DNA of 64,000 nucleotides from Phycisphaera mikurensis NBRC 102666 (GTDB lineage Bacteria; Planctomycetota; Phycisphaerae; Phycisphaerales; UBA1924). The notes under the pieces are model-generated. The model did not search any database and had not been told where the DNA came from. It worked only from the letters and a program-made list of their open reading frames with translations. Below are positions 45,045 through 54,335 of the stretch, in pieces. Numbering within the stretch: position 1 is the first letter of the stretch; the number at the start of each line of letters is the position of its first letter. The stretch covers positions 89,228-153,227 of the forward strand of contig CALROI020000006.1 in assembly GCA_943369765.1 (NCBI GenBank), read 5' to 3'. Both the position numbers and the translations under genes were made by a program.

Positions 45045-45094
45045 CCGCGTTGACATCGTGGAGGTCGTTGGTTCGAGTCCAATACTGCCCACCA
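45045..45094 (+). tRNA. 3' fragment of tRNA-Val(GAC): anticodon arm through CCA; probable att core, not an intact gene
   Basis: Parts read in order: CCGCG-TTGACAT-CGTGG (anticodon stem-loop, anticodon GAC), AGGTC variable loop, GTTGG-TTCGAGT-CCAAT (T arm), ACTGCCC-A-CCA. The required 5' acceptor strand GGGCAGT and a D arm are absent upstream. Confidence 0.7.
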
Positions 45095-45299
45095 TTCAGA
45101 ATCCTCGGAAATCTGCGGCGGGTGGCCGGCGATGCCCGTCGTCTAGCGCGACAAAACAGGCAGATTCTGGCGCGCAACACGCGCAATCGCCAAAGGGTGG
45201 CGTGGCACGTGTGCGGGCGAGTAGCTCAGGAATCCGCCCTTTCAGTGAGTCTTATCTTGGCGCGCGGAACCCCACGCTTTGGCGCGCTGGCGCGCAGAT

Positions 45300-46490
45300 C
45301 TATGCCGCGTTCGTCCGAGAGGTGGCGGTGCGTGGCGCGGGGGCCGCACCGAACAGACTGTCCAGTGTGTTCACGGCTTCTTTGAGGAACTCCGGCCGGC
45401 GCTTGGCGTACACCTCGGTCATCCGCTGCGTCGTGTGGCCCAGCATGGAGGCAATCTGGTGCATGGGTACGCCGGAAGCGGCAAGAAGGGTTGCACCCGT
45501 GTGCCGGAGCACATAGGGCGTGATGCCCGGGAGGCCCGCCCGATTGGCCGCACGGGCGAATGCCTTGCGCATGCTCTGTAGAGGCAGCCCATCCTTCTCG
45601 ATGATGTACCCGCTTCTGGATTCCGAGATGGCGACGCTGAGTTCGTCCCTCAGGGTTGGCGTGATGGGAATCATCGGACGTCGCTTGTTCGTCTGGATCT
45701 TTCCCGTCGGCAGGAAGTTGATGCGGCACTGGTGGAGATCGACCTGCTCGACACGCAGTTCAAAGATGGCCTTGGGTCGTTGAAGGGTGTGCAGGGCCAG
45801 AAGGACAAAGCGGCGCACATACGGTTCGTCGCACGCGGCGAGCAGTCGGTGGGCTTCGTCGGCCGTAAGGAACTGGTCCCGCGGTGGTGGGGCGGGAAGA
45901 GACGTTACGTAAGGCACATGACTCAGTTGCCCACGACGCCAGGCAAGTCGAAGGGCACCTTTGAGCAGGTAGAAATCTCGATTGAGGGTGCCATTGGATC
46001 CCGTCTTGCCCGATCGAATCAGCCCTTCGCGTCTCCAACTCACGAACCGCTCTTGGGCATCGTGGTTGAGTTCCGACACATAGACGATGTCCTGGGAAAG
46101 ACAGAATCGCATCCAGAAGCCGAGGGCAGCACGAAGCGTCGAGAAGGACGGACGGTCCGCGCCAAAGCGTTCCACGTAGGCGGTCAATAGGTCGAGAATG
46201 GGAGGATCAAGAGGCCGTGGTGAGACGTGCTCCGGTATTGGTGCCGCGCGATCGCTTGGATGGGACTCAGGGGTGATTCGGCTGCGCGCTGGAGGTTTGG
46301 AGGAGAGGGGGTTTCGTGCCGCGAAGGCGATGAGCCTCTGCTTGGCTTCTGCAAAGTCAATCGTCTTGGTGCTTCGACGTTCGACCCGACGGGTGCCCGG
46401 TCGGCACCAGTAGATGTACAGGTGCGGCGTATCGCGCCGTTGTACAAGCCAGTAGTGGGCGTGTTCAAAGAGTCGGTGTTCGGAATCCAT
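45300..46490 (-). CDS. int: Tyrosine recombinase / phage-type integrase (396 aa)
   Basis: C-terminal catalytic region ...YVLRHTGATLLAASGVPMHQIASMLGHTTQRMTEVYAK (R/H-x-x-R, H, Y). Start at MDSEHRLFEH after GGAGG. Adjacent to the tRNA fragment and the excisionase-like gene. Confidence 0.9.
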   Translation of the reverse strand: MDSEHRLFEHAHYWLVQRRDTPHLYIYWCRPGTRRVERRSTKTIDFAEAKQRLIAFAARNPLSSKPPARSRITPESHPSDRAAPIPEHVSPRPLDPPILDLLTAYVERFGADRPSFSTLRAALGFWMRFCLSQDIVYVSELNHDAQERFVSWRREGLIRSGKTGSNGTLNRDFYLLKGALRLAWRRGQLSHVPYVTSLPAPPPRDQFLTADEAHRLLAACDEPYVRRFVLLALHTLQRPKAIFELRVEQVDLHQCRINFLPTGKIQTNKRRPMIPITPTLRDELSVAISESRSGYIIEKDGLPLQSMRKAFARAANRAGLPGITPYVLRHTGATLLAASGVPMHQIASMLGHTTQRMTEVYAKRRPEFLKEAVNTLDSLFGAAPAPRTATSRTNAA

Positions 46491-46645
46491 CGTGACCTCC
46501 GTCAGGCATGCTGTTGATGTGGGCGCGCATGCGCGCACCTTGTGCGAGCGAAAGCAAGCCAACCACCGAGTGAACCAACGACAGCTGGGCCGCCAGTGGC
46601 GCATGGAGCGCATTTGAACGCGACAGGCATCGCGTAACGAGACCG

Positions 46646-47014
46646 TTACGGGTTGTTTCCCGAGCTTCCGGGCCGCCTAAAGATGCGTTGTGCTCTGATA
46701 TACGCCGCTACGCGATCAGTTGACCGCGTGCTTGCCGTCGCGTCATTGGAAGGGGTCGACGCCGTGGGGGAACTCAGAGATACTCCAGGCCCGGGAGGAC
46801 TCAGCGGTCGGGCGTCGGAACAAGACCGCTGTTCGTGTGTCCTGACAAACTTCTCAAGCTCGGTGGTGCGGACAAGCATGCGCCGTCCAATCCGAACGAT
46901 CGTCAACTGGCCAGCCTTCCAGGCTCGGACAAGGGTACTGCGATGCACACTCAACAGATCGGCCGCCTCATTTAGACTCAATAGCCGCTGACTCTGTTCC
47001 GAAACGATCGGCAT
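46646..47014 (-). CDS. Excisionase-family / MerR-like HTH DNA-binding protein (122 aa)
   Basis: LSLNEAADLLSVHRSTLVRAWKAGQLTIVRIGRRMLVRTTELEKFV is typical of excisionase-type HTH. The start is uncertain (ATG 47014 chosen; an upstream in-frame ATG exists). Confidence 0.65.
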   Translation of the reverse strand: MPIVSEQSQRLLSLNEAADLLSVHRSTLVRAWKAGQLTIVRIGRRMLVRTTELEKFVRTHEQRSCSDARPLSPPGPGVSLSSPTASTPSNDATASTRSTDRVAAYIRAQRIFRRPGSSGNNP

Positions 47015-47221
47015 CGGACCGCCTGTTGGGTCGGCCGAGGAGCCAGTGTGAGGGGCGTGGCCGTCCGGAGTGATAGGAAGGATGTGCGGTGGATGATCAA
47101 TCATGCCGCAATGTGGTACCAAGCGGAAGTCCACAGGTCTGTGGAAAGCCCCGATCCGGGAGCACGAATCTGAGTGAGTCACGGAGCTATACTTGCGATC
47201 ATGGGGTGGGAAAAGGAGCTC

Positions 47222-47692
47222 ATGATGGCCAAACGCGCCCCCCGTTCTCGACGCTCACCGGTGTCCCGCTCTTCATCCCAACCTCGCTCGCTTGCGATGT
47301 TGGCACAGAAATTCAGCGAGGCGGAGGTTAACTTCAAGAAGGCCGAAGCCGACTTCAACACGGCCAAGACTGCGTTGAGTCATGCTCGGGCAGATCTCTT
47401 GCTGCACCTTGGCAAGCTCGACCCGAGTGAGAACGTGACGGCCAGACGTCGGGAATCCGCGCGACGCCGGCAGGGAGCGATTCGTGAAGGAACTTTGGGC
47501 GCGATGATCGTCAAAGTTCTGAGCGATGGGACCGATCGAGGTCCATCGGAAGTGTTCGATGCGCTCAAAGCGATGGGCCGAAAGAGTAAGGGAAGCGAGG
47601 CCAGCCAACGGGTTATGGTTTCGCAAGCACTTTCCAAGCTCGCCAAGAGCGGGGCGATTCGCAAGAAGAGTCGGGGCGTCTACGGCAAGTAG
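47222..47692 (+). CDS. Hypothetical protein (156 aa), basic N-terminus, coiled coil, possible winged-helix C-terminus
   Basis: AAGGAG 3 nt before ATG 47222. No recognised family. Confidence 0.55.
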   Translation: MMAKRAPRSRRSPVSRSSSQPRSLAMLAQKFSEAEVNFKKAEADFNTAKTALSHARADLLLHLGKLDPSENVTARRRESARRRQGAIREGTLGAMIVKVLSDGTDRGPSEVFDALKAMGRKSKGSEASQRVMVSQALSKLAKSGAIRKKSRGVYGK

Positions 47693-47789
47693 GTCCATGC
47701 AAACGTCGATGGCACCTATTCCGCAGGACGACTACGAGTTGGGTTCCGTTCAATCAGAACATCGAGTGTTTTGCCACGACCCCACCGAG

Positions 47790-48425
47790 TCACCGACCGC
47801 CATCGAGCTTCACGAGTTGCAGCCGTGCCCAATCCTTCCAGGCGTCGGACTCGCCACGCATGGCGATCTCGCTGAGCTTGGTACGGAGTTCGGCGCGGGC
47901 TTCGGGGTCGCGTTCGGGACGCGTGGTTCCGAAAGAGGCCGCTTTGGATTGCGCCGGGTGTAGGAGTTCGAGGCGTGCGAGTTGCTGGAGGCTCGCGATG
48001 TGGCCGGGGTGGATCTGCAGCGCGGTACGGGCGTGGTCGGCGGCCTGGTCGTAGCGGCCCGCGGATTCCAGCGTGAGCGAGAGGTTGAGGCGTGGGTCGG
48101 GGTGGCCCGGAAGGAGTTTGCGGGCCCATTCGAACTCGCCGGCGGCCTCGTAGAGCTTGTTCTGCTTGAGGAACAGCACGCCGAGGTTGTTGTGCGCGGG
48201 GCCGTGGTAGAGGTCGGCGGCGAGGGCTTCGCGGAGCAGTTGCTCTGCCTTGGCGGGCTCAGCCTGCATGAGCGCGGCGGCTTCTTGATTGAGCCCGTCG
48301 GCTTTGGACGTGTCGCGCCGCTCGGGATCGAGGGGTGTGTAGGCCGTGCTCGGGCCGGATTTGCACGAGGCGAGCGTGGCGAGGGGAACAATCAGGGCGA
48401 TGGTGACGAGGCAGGTGAGACGCAT
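47790..48425 (-). CDS. TPR-repeat lipoprotein (211 aa)
   Basis: MRLTCLVTIALIVPLATLASC lipobox. TPR-like repeats (AEQLLREALAADLYHGPAHNNLGVLFLKQNKLYEAAGEFEWARKL...). Last gene of the secretin cluster. Confidence 0.75.
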   Translation of the reverse strand: MRLTCLVTIALIVPLATLASCKSGPSTAYTPLDPERRDTSKADGLNQEAAALMQAEPAKAEQLLREALAADLYHGPAHNNLGVLFLKQNKLYEAAGEFEWARKLLPGHPDPRLNLSLTLESAGRYDQAADHARTALQIHPGHIASLQQLARLELLHPAQSKAASFGTTRPERDPEARAELRTKLSEIAMRGESDAWKDWARLQLVKLDGGR

Positions 48426-48444
48426 GGGAAATCCTTGCGGGGGT

Positions 48445-48990
48445 TTACTGAGGGCTCGGGCTGGTGACAGGGGACGCGAGGTACGTCGTGGCGAGGGTGA
48501 GTCGGGCGTCGTAGGTTGAGTTGGTGTCGGCCTCGCCCCCCGCGTGCGTGCAGTCGATGCGGGTCACGATCCACGCGGGTTCAGCGGTTCGCCACGCGGC
48601 GAAGAACTGGCCGAGTTGGCGCGTCGTGATCGGGGTGAGCGAGACGGTGATGTTTTGGCGGCGGTACGCGGGGCTGGTCGGGTCGTTCGAAGGCAGGGCT
48701 TCGTCGGAGCCTGGATTGACCGCGCGGAGGGAAGATTCGCCCACACCGGCGGCGGCGAGCGAAGCGCGGAGCGCGGTGCTGACGCTTTCGGTGGGCTTGG
48801 AAGCGAGGAGGGCGGTTTGACGCTGGGGACGCAGGCGTTCGACATCGGCCAGTTGCTGCGAGAAGGCTTTCGCCTGCGTGCGGGCGAGATTTGCATCTGA
48901 CGAGGCTGACGCGGCACGCCACGCGGAGAACGCCGCGCCCGCGATGGCGATGACAGCGACCGCGCGGATCATGACGAGGGCGGCGGTCAT
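48445..48990 (-). CDS. GspM/PilO-like membrane assembly protein (181 aa; by topology and synteny)
   Basis: N-terminal TM segment ALVMIRAVAVIAIAGAAFSAW followed by a coiled coil. The start overlaps the previous stop (ATGA). The upstream part of the 259-aa ORF is Arg-rich read-through. Confidence 0.5.
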   Translation of the reverse strand: MTAALVMIRAVAVIAIAGAAFSAWRAASASSDANLARTQAKAFSQQLADVERLRPQRQTALLASKPTESVSTALRASLAAAGVGESSLRAVNPGSDEALPSNDPTSPAYRRQNITVSLTPITTRQLGQFFAAWRTAEPAWIVTRIDCTHAGGEADTNSTYDARLTLATTYLASPVTSPSPQ

Positions 48991-49895
48991 GGCGTGCCCC
49001 CTTGCGGCCTGCTCGCCGGGGTTGCTGGGGTGAGCGTGAGTTGCATCTGCACACCCTTGCCGCTGGTGGTGATCTGAGGCTGGGCGTGATCCCAACCGGG
49101 CGCGGTGCCGAGCGAGGCTGCGAGCCGCTCGGCGTCGGGCAGCGTGGGAAGCAGCGCGCTCATGGTGAGCTGCGTCGGCGCGGCGGTCAGCGTCTGGACC
49201 TGGGCCTTGACGCCCCGGGGCCACGCGGCGAGGAACGTGGCGAGCGGGTCGGTCGCGTCGCCCAGGCCAAGCGAGGCTCTGGTGCTCCGAGTTGCCCGAA
49301 GGCGGGAGAGCTCGCGTTCGAGCGTGAACGAGCGTTCAAGCATCGGCTGCGATGCGAAGAGTCCGATCTCGACAGCGGGCTTGGACGACACCAGTTGCTC
49401 GATCGCTGCGAGCGAAGTGTTGTGGTCCGCGCGTGCCGAGGTTGCCCGCCGTTCGAAGCCGACGATCAGGCCCAAGGCCACGAGCGCGGCGGTGCACGCG
49501 ACCGCTATCGAGCGGCGACGGCGTGCGGCCGTCACGGGAAGGGGCTCGAACACGCCGGTGAGCACGTTGAGGGTGTCGGGGTTGGCGTCGTGTTCGAGCC
49601 ACACCGGAAGGTTCAAGGGGGCGAGCGTGATGGCGGCGGCAAGCACGGGGTCGTCCAACGCGGAAGCGGGCAAGGCGCACGCCAGCACGGAGTTGTCGGG
49701 AAGCCGCTTGTACGCAGGAGCTATGGACGCGAGGTCCACCGGCAAGTGCGCCGCGAACGCTTCGTCGAGGATGGCCCGCGTCATCGGCGCGGTCAGCGAT
49801 CGCAGCGAAGACGCGGGAACATCGGGGGTGAGGATCGCCCAATAGAACCGCTCGGCGGGAAGGCGTGGATGAAGGTTGGCGAGGGGGTGGCTCAT
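48987..49895 (-). CDS. GspL/PilN-like membrane assembly protein (302 aa; by topology and synteny)
   Basis: Central TM segment SIAVACTAALVALGLIVGF. Sits between the C-like and M-like genes with overlapping start and stop codons. Confidence 0.5.
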   Translation of the reverse strand: MSHPLANLHPRLPAERFYWAILTPDVPASSLRSLTAPMTRAILDEAFAAHLPVDLASIAPAYKRLPDNSVLACALPASALDDPVLAAAITLAPLNLPVWLEHDANPDTLNVLTGVFEPLPVTAARRRRSIAVACTAALVALGLIVGFERRATSARADHNTSLAAIEQLVSSKPAVEIGLFASQPMLERSFTLERELSRLRATRSTRASLGLGDATDPLATFLAAWPRGVKAQVQTLTAAPTQLTMSALLPTLPDAERLAASLGTAPGWDHAQPQITTSGKGVQMQLTLTPATPASRPQGGTP

Positions 49896-50422
49896 GTGCC
49901 GGGCCTCCGTTCATCCTTGAGCGAGAGCTTGCGGACGGTCTCGCCGTCGGCCAGTTCGATCGTGTCGGCGGTGAGGGACGCGACCGTGTACCGGGCCTTG
50001 CCGCTCGTGATCTTCTCGCCCGCTGCGACGATCATCATCTGGTCGGACTCGGGGTCATAGAGGGCGGCGCGCAGCTCTGGCGTTCCGCCTTCGGCCGGGG
50101 TGTCGCGGGTGATGCCGATCAGTTGCAACTTGAGCGGTGGGGGTGGGGTTTTCTGAGCGATCACCGGGGCGGGCGGCGGCACGGGCGGCGGAGTCCAGAG
50201 CGTTGCTTTGAACGCGTCAGCGTTGAAGGCGAGGCGTTCCGCTGATGGCGTGGCTTGCGACGGACCAGCGGCGTCCACGAGCACGAGTGGAGCCCGCTCA
50301 ATGGGCCACAGCGCCCACGCGAACGCGGCGACGACCAAGGCCGCACCCACACCCGCCACGCGGCGCGTCGTGCGGCGGAGAGCCAGGATCGGGTCGTGGG
50401 GGTTGTGGGGGTTGGGGGTCAT
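49892..50422 (-). CDS. GspC/PilP-like bitopic protein (176 aa)
   Basis: TM segment VAGVGAALVVAAFAWALW, Pro-rich linker, beta domain LKLQLIGITRD...YTVASLTADTIELADGETVRKLSL. ATGA overlap with gspE. Confidence 0.6.
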   Translation of the reverse strand: MTPNPHNPHDPILALRRTTRRVAGVGAALVVAAFAWALWPIERAPLVLVDAAGPSQATPSAERLAFNADAFKATLWTPPPVPPPAPVIAQKTPPPPLKLQLIGITRDTPAEGGTPELRAALYDPESDQMMIVAAGEKITSGKARYTVASLTADTIELADGETVRKLSLKDERRPGT

Positions 50423-51963
50423 CCTTCGAGCCCCTGGATCACGCGTTGCACTTCGACCATCGAAGTGATCCGTTCGTCCGCGAGCCGCTTGCCCTCTTCC
50501 ATCAGCGTCCGCATGCCGCTGGTGCGGGCGGTGTCGCGGATGACCTGCTCGCCCGCGCTCGTCGTGATCAGCTCACGCACCCGATCGCTCACCGTCAGCA
50601 TCTCGAACACGCCCAGCCGACCCCGGTACCCCGAGCCGAGGCACCCGTCGCAGCCGCGACCGTTGCACTCCGCGTGGACACGCCGCACCAGCCGCTGGGC
50701 CAAGACCGCTGAAAGCGACGCGCTCACGAGGTATGGCTCGATGCCAAGGTCCACGAGGCGTGTCACCGCCGACGCCGCGTCGTTGGTGTGGAGCGTGCTC
50801 AGCACGAGATGCCCCGTAAGCGAAGCCTGCATCGCCATACGGGCCGTCTCTTCGTCGCGGATCTCGCCCACCATCACGATGTCGGGGTCCTGCCGCAGGA
50901 TGTGCCGCAGACCCGTGGCGAACGTGAGGCCCTTCTTCGGGTTGACCTGCGTCTGGCTCACCGCGATCCCCACCGTCGAGAGCTCGTACTCGATGGGGTC
51001 CTCAATGGTCATGATGTTGTGCTCGCCACCCACCTTGGACGCGGTACCCGTGGAAGGCGACGCCATCAGCCGCAGCGACGCGTAGAGCGTCGTTGTCTTC
51101 CCGCTCCCGGTCGGTCCCGTCACGAGCACGATGCCGTGGGCGCGACTCAGGCGCTCTTCGAGTCTCGCTTGGATCTCCGGCGGCATCCCGATCTTGGCGA
51201 GGTCGATCAGGTGGTGGTCCCGCGAGTTGTCGAGCAACCGGATCACCGCACGCTCGCCGTAACTCGTCGGCAGCGTGCTCACACGCAGGTCGATTGATCG
51301 TGTGCCGACACCAACACCTCCACCAATCGTCACGGTCGCTCGCCCGTCCTGCGGCGCACCACGCTCGGCCACGTCCATCCGCGACATGACCTTGATCCGC
51401 GTGACCACCGACGCCGCGAGCACCGCAGGGAGTTCGCGCACGTCGTGCAGCACGCCGTCGAGCCGGAACCGCACCAGCGTGCGATCGGCCAGAGGTTGGA
51501 TGTGGACGTCGCTCGCCCGCCGCGAGAGCGCGTCGAACAGGATCATGTCCACCAGCCGGATCACCGGGCCCTTGCCGTCGATCTTGAGCAGGTCGCGGTC
51601 GGCATCCGTGAGCAACTTGGCCGCTTCGGCATGGACCTCCGCTTCGCCCGTCAAGTCGGAAGCGTCACCGCCGCCCACGTCGTTGCCACTGCCTGCGGCG
51701 TGCTGGTAGTGAAGGTCCACCGCCCGCGCGATCGCTTCAGGATCGTCAAGCACCGTGCGGACCGGGGTGCCCAACGCCACCGCCACGTTCCCCGCGATCC
51801 ACGGCGGCGTCGAAGGCGAGACCCGCAGCACCTCGCACCCGTCGCGTTGGCCACCACCGATGACCAGATGCCGACGACACAACTCGCGCGGCACACGCGA
51901 CAAGAACGCGCCCGAAGGCTCGCCCCACGCAGCCGGACTCGCGATCGTCGCCAACGTGCTCAT
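50419..51963 (-). CDS. gspE: Type II secretion / type IV pilus assembly ATPase (GspE/PilB family, 514 aa)
   Basis: Walker A VLVTGPTGSGKTTT; Asp box IMTIEDPIEY; Walker B DPDIVMVGEIRD; His box LVLSTLHTNDA; Cys cluster CNGRGCDGC. Confidence 0.9.
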   Translation of the reverse strand: MSTLATIASPAAWGEPSGAFLSRVPRELCRRHLVIGGGQRDGCEVLRVSPSTPPWIAGNVAVALGTPVRTVLDDPEAIARAVDLHYQHAAGSGNDVGGGDASDLTGEAEVHAEAAKLLTDADRDLLKIDGKGPVIRLVDMILFDALSRRASDVHIQPLADRTLVRFRLDGVLHDVRELPAVLAASVVTRIKVMSRMDVAERGAPQDGRATVTIGGGVGVGTRSIDLRVSTLPTSYGERAVIRLLDNSRDHHLIDLAKIGMPPEIQARLEERLSRAHGIVLVTGPTGSGKTTTLYASLRLMASPSTGTASKVGGEHNIMTIEDPIEYELSTVGIAVSQTQVNPKKGLTFATGLRHILRQDPDIVMVGEIRDEETARMAMQASLTGHLVLSTLHTNDAASAVTRLVDLGIEPYLVSASLSAVLAQRLVRRVHAECNGRGCDGCLGSGYRGRLGVFEMLTVSDRVRELITTSAGEQVIRDTARTSGMRTLMEEGKRLADERITSMVEVQRVIQGLEG

Positions 51964-54188
51964 TTGATCACCCGAGGCTCGACCTTCGGCCACCCGTCGC
52001 TCAGGCCCAGATCGTTGCTCTCAATCGTCCGCCCGCTGACGTACTTCAGATCCGCGAACCCGCTGTCCCGCATCACGTTCGCCCTAATCAGCACGAAGAA
52101 CCGCGTCCGGTCCCGCGTCACCGTGTTCGACCGGAACAGGAACCCAAGCAGCGGGATCTCGCTCAGCAGCGGCGTCTTTGAACTGTCGTCCGTGTCGGTC
52201 TTGAGCTCGATCCCGCCGACCACAACCGCGTGGCCGTCGGGGATCATCGCCACGCTGCTCACCGTGTTCTGCTGCCGCGCACCCGGCAGGCCGTCCGACG
52301 AAGGATTGCCGGTGAAGGAACTCAGTTCCACGTTGTACGTGAGCACGAGGTGGTCGCCCTCGGCGATCTGCGGCTTGACGTTGATCCGCGTGCCCGCGTC
52401 CTGGAACCCGCCGAACCCGCGCGTCGTCGTGCTCGTGGTGTCCGTGCTCACCGTGCCCGTGGGCTGCTGCGCGACAGAGCTGAAAGTCGCCTGCTGGTTG
52501 TTCCCCACGAGAAGCGAGGGCACGCTGGTGGATCGACCGTCGTTGACCGCTTCGAGCGCCCTCAGCACCGCGCTGAAGTCGCCGACGTTGATGTAGCTCG
52601 CGGTGAGCCCCGTGCCGGGCGAACCCGAAGGTCCGCCACCTCCGCTCGTGCTGCTGAAGATCGAGCTCAGACGCACCGCGCCGTCGGCAAGCGTCGAGAT
52701 CTTGTCGAGTTCAACGCCGAGAGCGCGGCTCTGGCCGTCCGTCAGGCTGATCATCGCCACCTCGATCATCACTTGCGGCTGCCTGACATCGAGGGTGGCG
52801 AGCAGGACCTCGACCTGCGCCAGCACACGGGGCTCGGCCACCACGATCACCGTGTTGGTCCCCTCGTCGGAGGTGATCTGGGTCGTGGGTTCCTCGCGAC
52901 GACTCGCGGCGATCGTCGGTTCTATCCGCCTTGGAGCGGGTGAATCCCCCGGGAGCAGCACGCTCACGTTCTCGACCTTCTTGGTGAGGAGTTCCGTGAG
53001 CACGGCCACGACCTCCTTGACCGGGCGATTGCGCACGACAAACGACCGGGCCACCTGAGCGGCGTTGCCGCTCGCGGAATCGATGCGTGAAAGAAGCTCC
53101 GCGATCTTGGTGTGCTGCGAGGCCGTCGCGGTCACGATGAGCGTGCCGGTGAACTCGTCCGCGATCACCTTCGCGGTCGGCCCCTCCGAGCCGGCCTTCT
53201 GGCCCACACCGATACCCGCGACCTGTTCGACGAGGTTCACCAGTGACTTCGCGTCGGCTTGCCTCGGTGTGTAATTCCGCGTCTCCAACGCCTGGCGCGT
53301 GTCCAGCCGTGCGATCAGGTCCTTCCAGAATGCGAGATGCTCCTTGGGGGCGAGCACGAGCACCGCGTTGGCCCCGGGCTGCGGAAGAACATCTCCAGGG
53401 GGGCGCTGCGCTATGCCTCCGACTGCGATGGCCGCGCCGGGCTCACGCCGCGTTCCCATGTCCTTTACAAACGAGATCACGTCGGCGGGCGTCGCGTTCA
53501 GAAGCGGGATCTCGGCCAGCTCGGTCGGTGCTTGCGGAGCGTCGATGCGAGAGAGAAATTCCGCCGCGAGTTTGAGGCGAGGCACGAGGTCCGCCACGAA
53601 GAGGAGATCGCTTTCGCCCACGGGCGTGACGACCGATCCAGTTTTCGAAAGCACGACCTTCAGCAATTCCGCGACCGCCTTGGGTTGACGGTGTTCGACC
53701 TTCAGAAAGACCGCTGCGTACCCCGGCGCGAGCCCGGGCCACGTCAGGCGATTGCCCACAAACGGGCCATCGGGCATCACGAGATTAGAAGCTTCACTCA
53801 GCCGCACCACCGAGAATGCTTGTTTCACCAAGGAATTAGCGGCCGCAGGATCGACAACAGCACCATCCGCCGCTGGCGTTGCGCCCTTCGCTGCGCTGAT
53901 GATCGTAAACCCACGCCCCGCAAGAGCCGCGTTCACCGTTTCCCAAAGCTCCGAATCCGGAATCCCCCCATCCCCCGCACCCCGCACCGTCACCGCGCCT
54001 TTGAGCACCGCGGGGTCGTACTCCACCCGAATCCCAAGCCGCTCAGAAGCCAAATCCACCAGCCGCGCCACATCCGTCTGGCCAGCAAGCGTGACCGAAC
54101 GCTGTGCGGCGCACGGCAACGCCAACGAGAAAGCCGCGACTGTCGCGAACGCCGCAAACGAGAAGAATCCAAGTGACGCGTGCCGCAT
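51960..54188 (-). CDS. gspD: Secretin (GspD/PilQ family, 742 aa)
   Basis: Signal peptide MRHASLGFFSFAAFATVAAFSLALPCAAQ. C-terminal secretin signature ...KTPLLSEIPLLGFLFRSNTVTRDRTRFFVLIRANV. Confidence 0.9.
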   Translation of the reverse strand: MRHASLGFFSFAAFATVAAFSLALPCAAQRSVTLAGQTDVARLVDLASERLGIRVEYDPAVLKGAVTVRGAGDGGIPDSELWETVNAALAGRGFTIISAAKGATPAADGAVVDPAAANSLVKQAFSVVRLSEASNLVMPDGPFVGNRLTWPGLAPGYAAVFLKVEHRQPKAVAELLKVVLSKTGSVVTPVGESDLLFVADLVPRLKLAAEFLSRIDAPQAPTELAEIPLLNATPADVISFVKDMGTRREPGAAIAVGGIAQRPPGDVLPQPGANAVLVLAPKEHLAFWKDLIARLDTRQALETRNYTPRQADAKSLVNLVEQVAGIGVGQKAGSEGPTAKVIADEFTGTLIVTATASQHTKIAELLSRIDSASGNAAQVARSFVVRNRPVKEVVAVLTELLTKKVENVSVLLPGDSPAPRRIEPTIAASRREEPTTQITSDEGTNTVIVVAEPRVLAQVEVLLATLDVRQPQVMIEVAMISLTDGQSRALGVELDKISTLADGAVRLSSIFSSTSGGGGPSGSPGTGLTASYINVGDFSAVLRALEAVNDGRSTSVPSLLVGNNQQATFSSVAQQPTGTVSTDTTSTTTRGFGGFQDAGTRINVKPQIAEGDHLVLTYNVELSSFTGNPSSDGLPGARQQNTVSSVAMIPDGHAVVVGGIELKTDTDDSSKTPLLSEIPLLGFLFRSNTVTRDRTRFFVLIRANVMRDSGFADLKYVSGRTIESNDLGLSDGWPKVEPRVIK

Positions 54189-54306
54189 GCCGCGAGTGTA
54201 CCAGAAGTCGCAGGCAGCCGTCGTTCGACATCGCTTCGGTAGGCACGCGAACGCACGTCGAACGCAGATTTATCGATTCGTGGCATGCGAAACTCGGAAC
54301 ACCTGC

Positions 54307-54335
54307 TTGACGCTGACCGTAGGTCCCGGTAATCT
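54307..54335 (+). promoter_or_regulatory. Putative sigma70-like promoter TTGACG-17 nt-TAATCT upstream of the RHS gene
   Basis: Read directly from the sequence. Located 47 nt upstream of ATG 54382, in the gspD/RHS divergent region. Confidence 0.3.

Noticed and set aside
45213-45240. tRNA-like 5' fragment GCGGGCGAGTAGCTCAGGAATCCGCCC
   Set aside because: It resembles an acceptor strand plus TAGCTCAG D-arm start, but no D-stem closure, anticodon arm or T arm follows. Its acceptor does not pair with the nearby tRNA-Val 3' strand. At most it is a decayed remnant, or a simple GGGCG/CGCCC hairpin.
47130-47145. 7-bp inverted repeat TCCACAG-GT-CTGTGGA between the excisionase-like gene and the 156-aa gene
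   Set aside because: It is short enough to arise by chance, with no supporting promoter boxes identified. Noted only as a possible operator.
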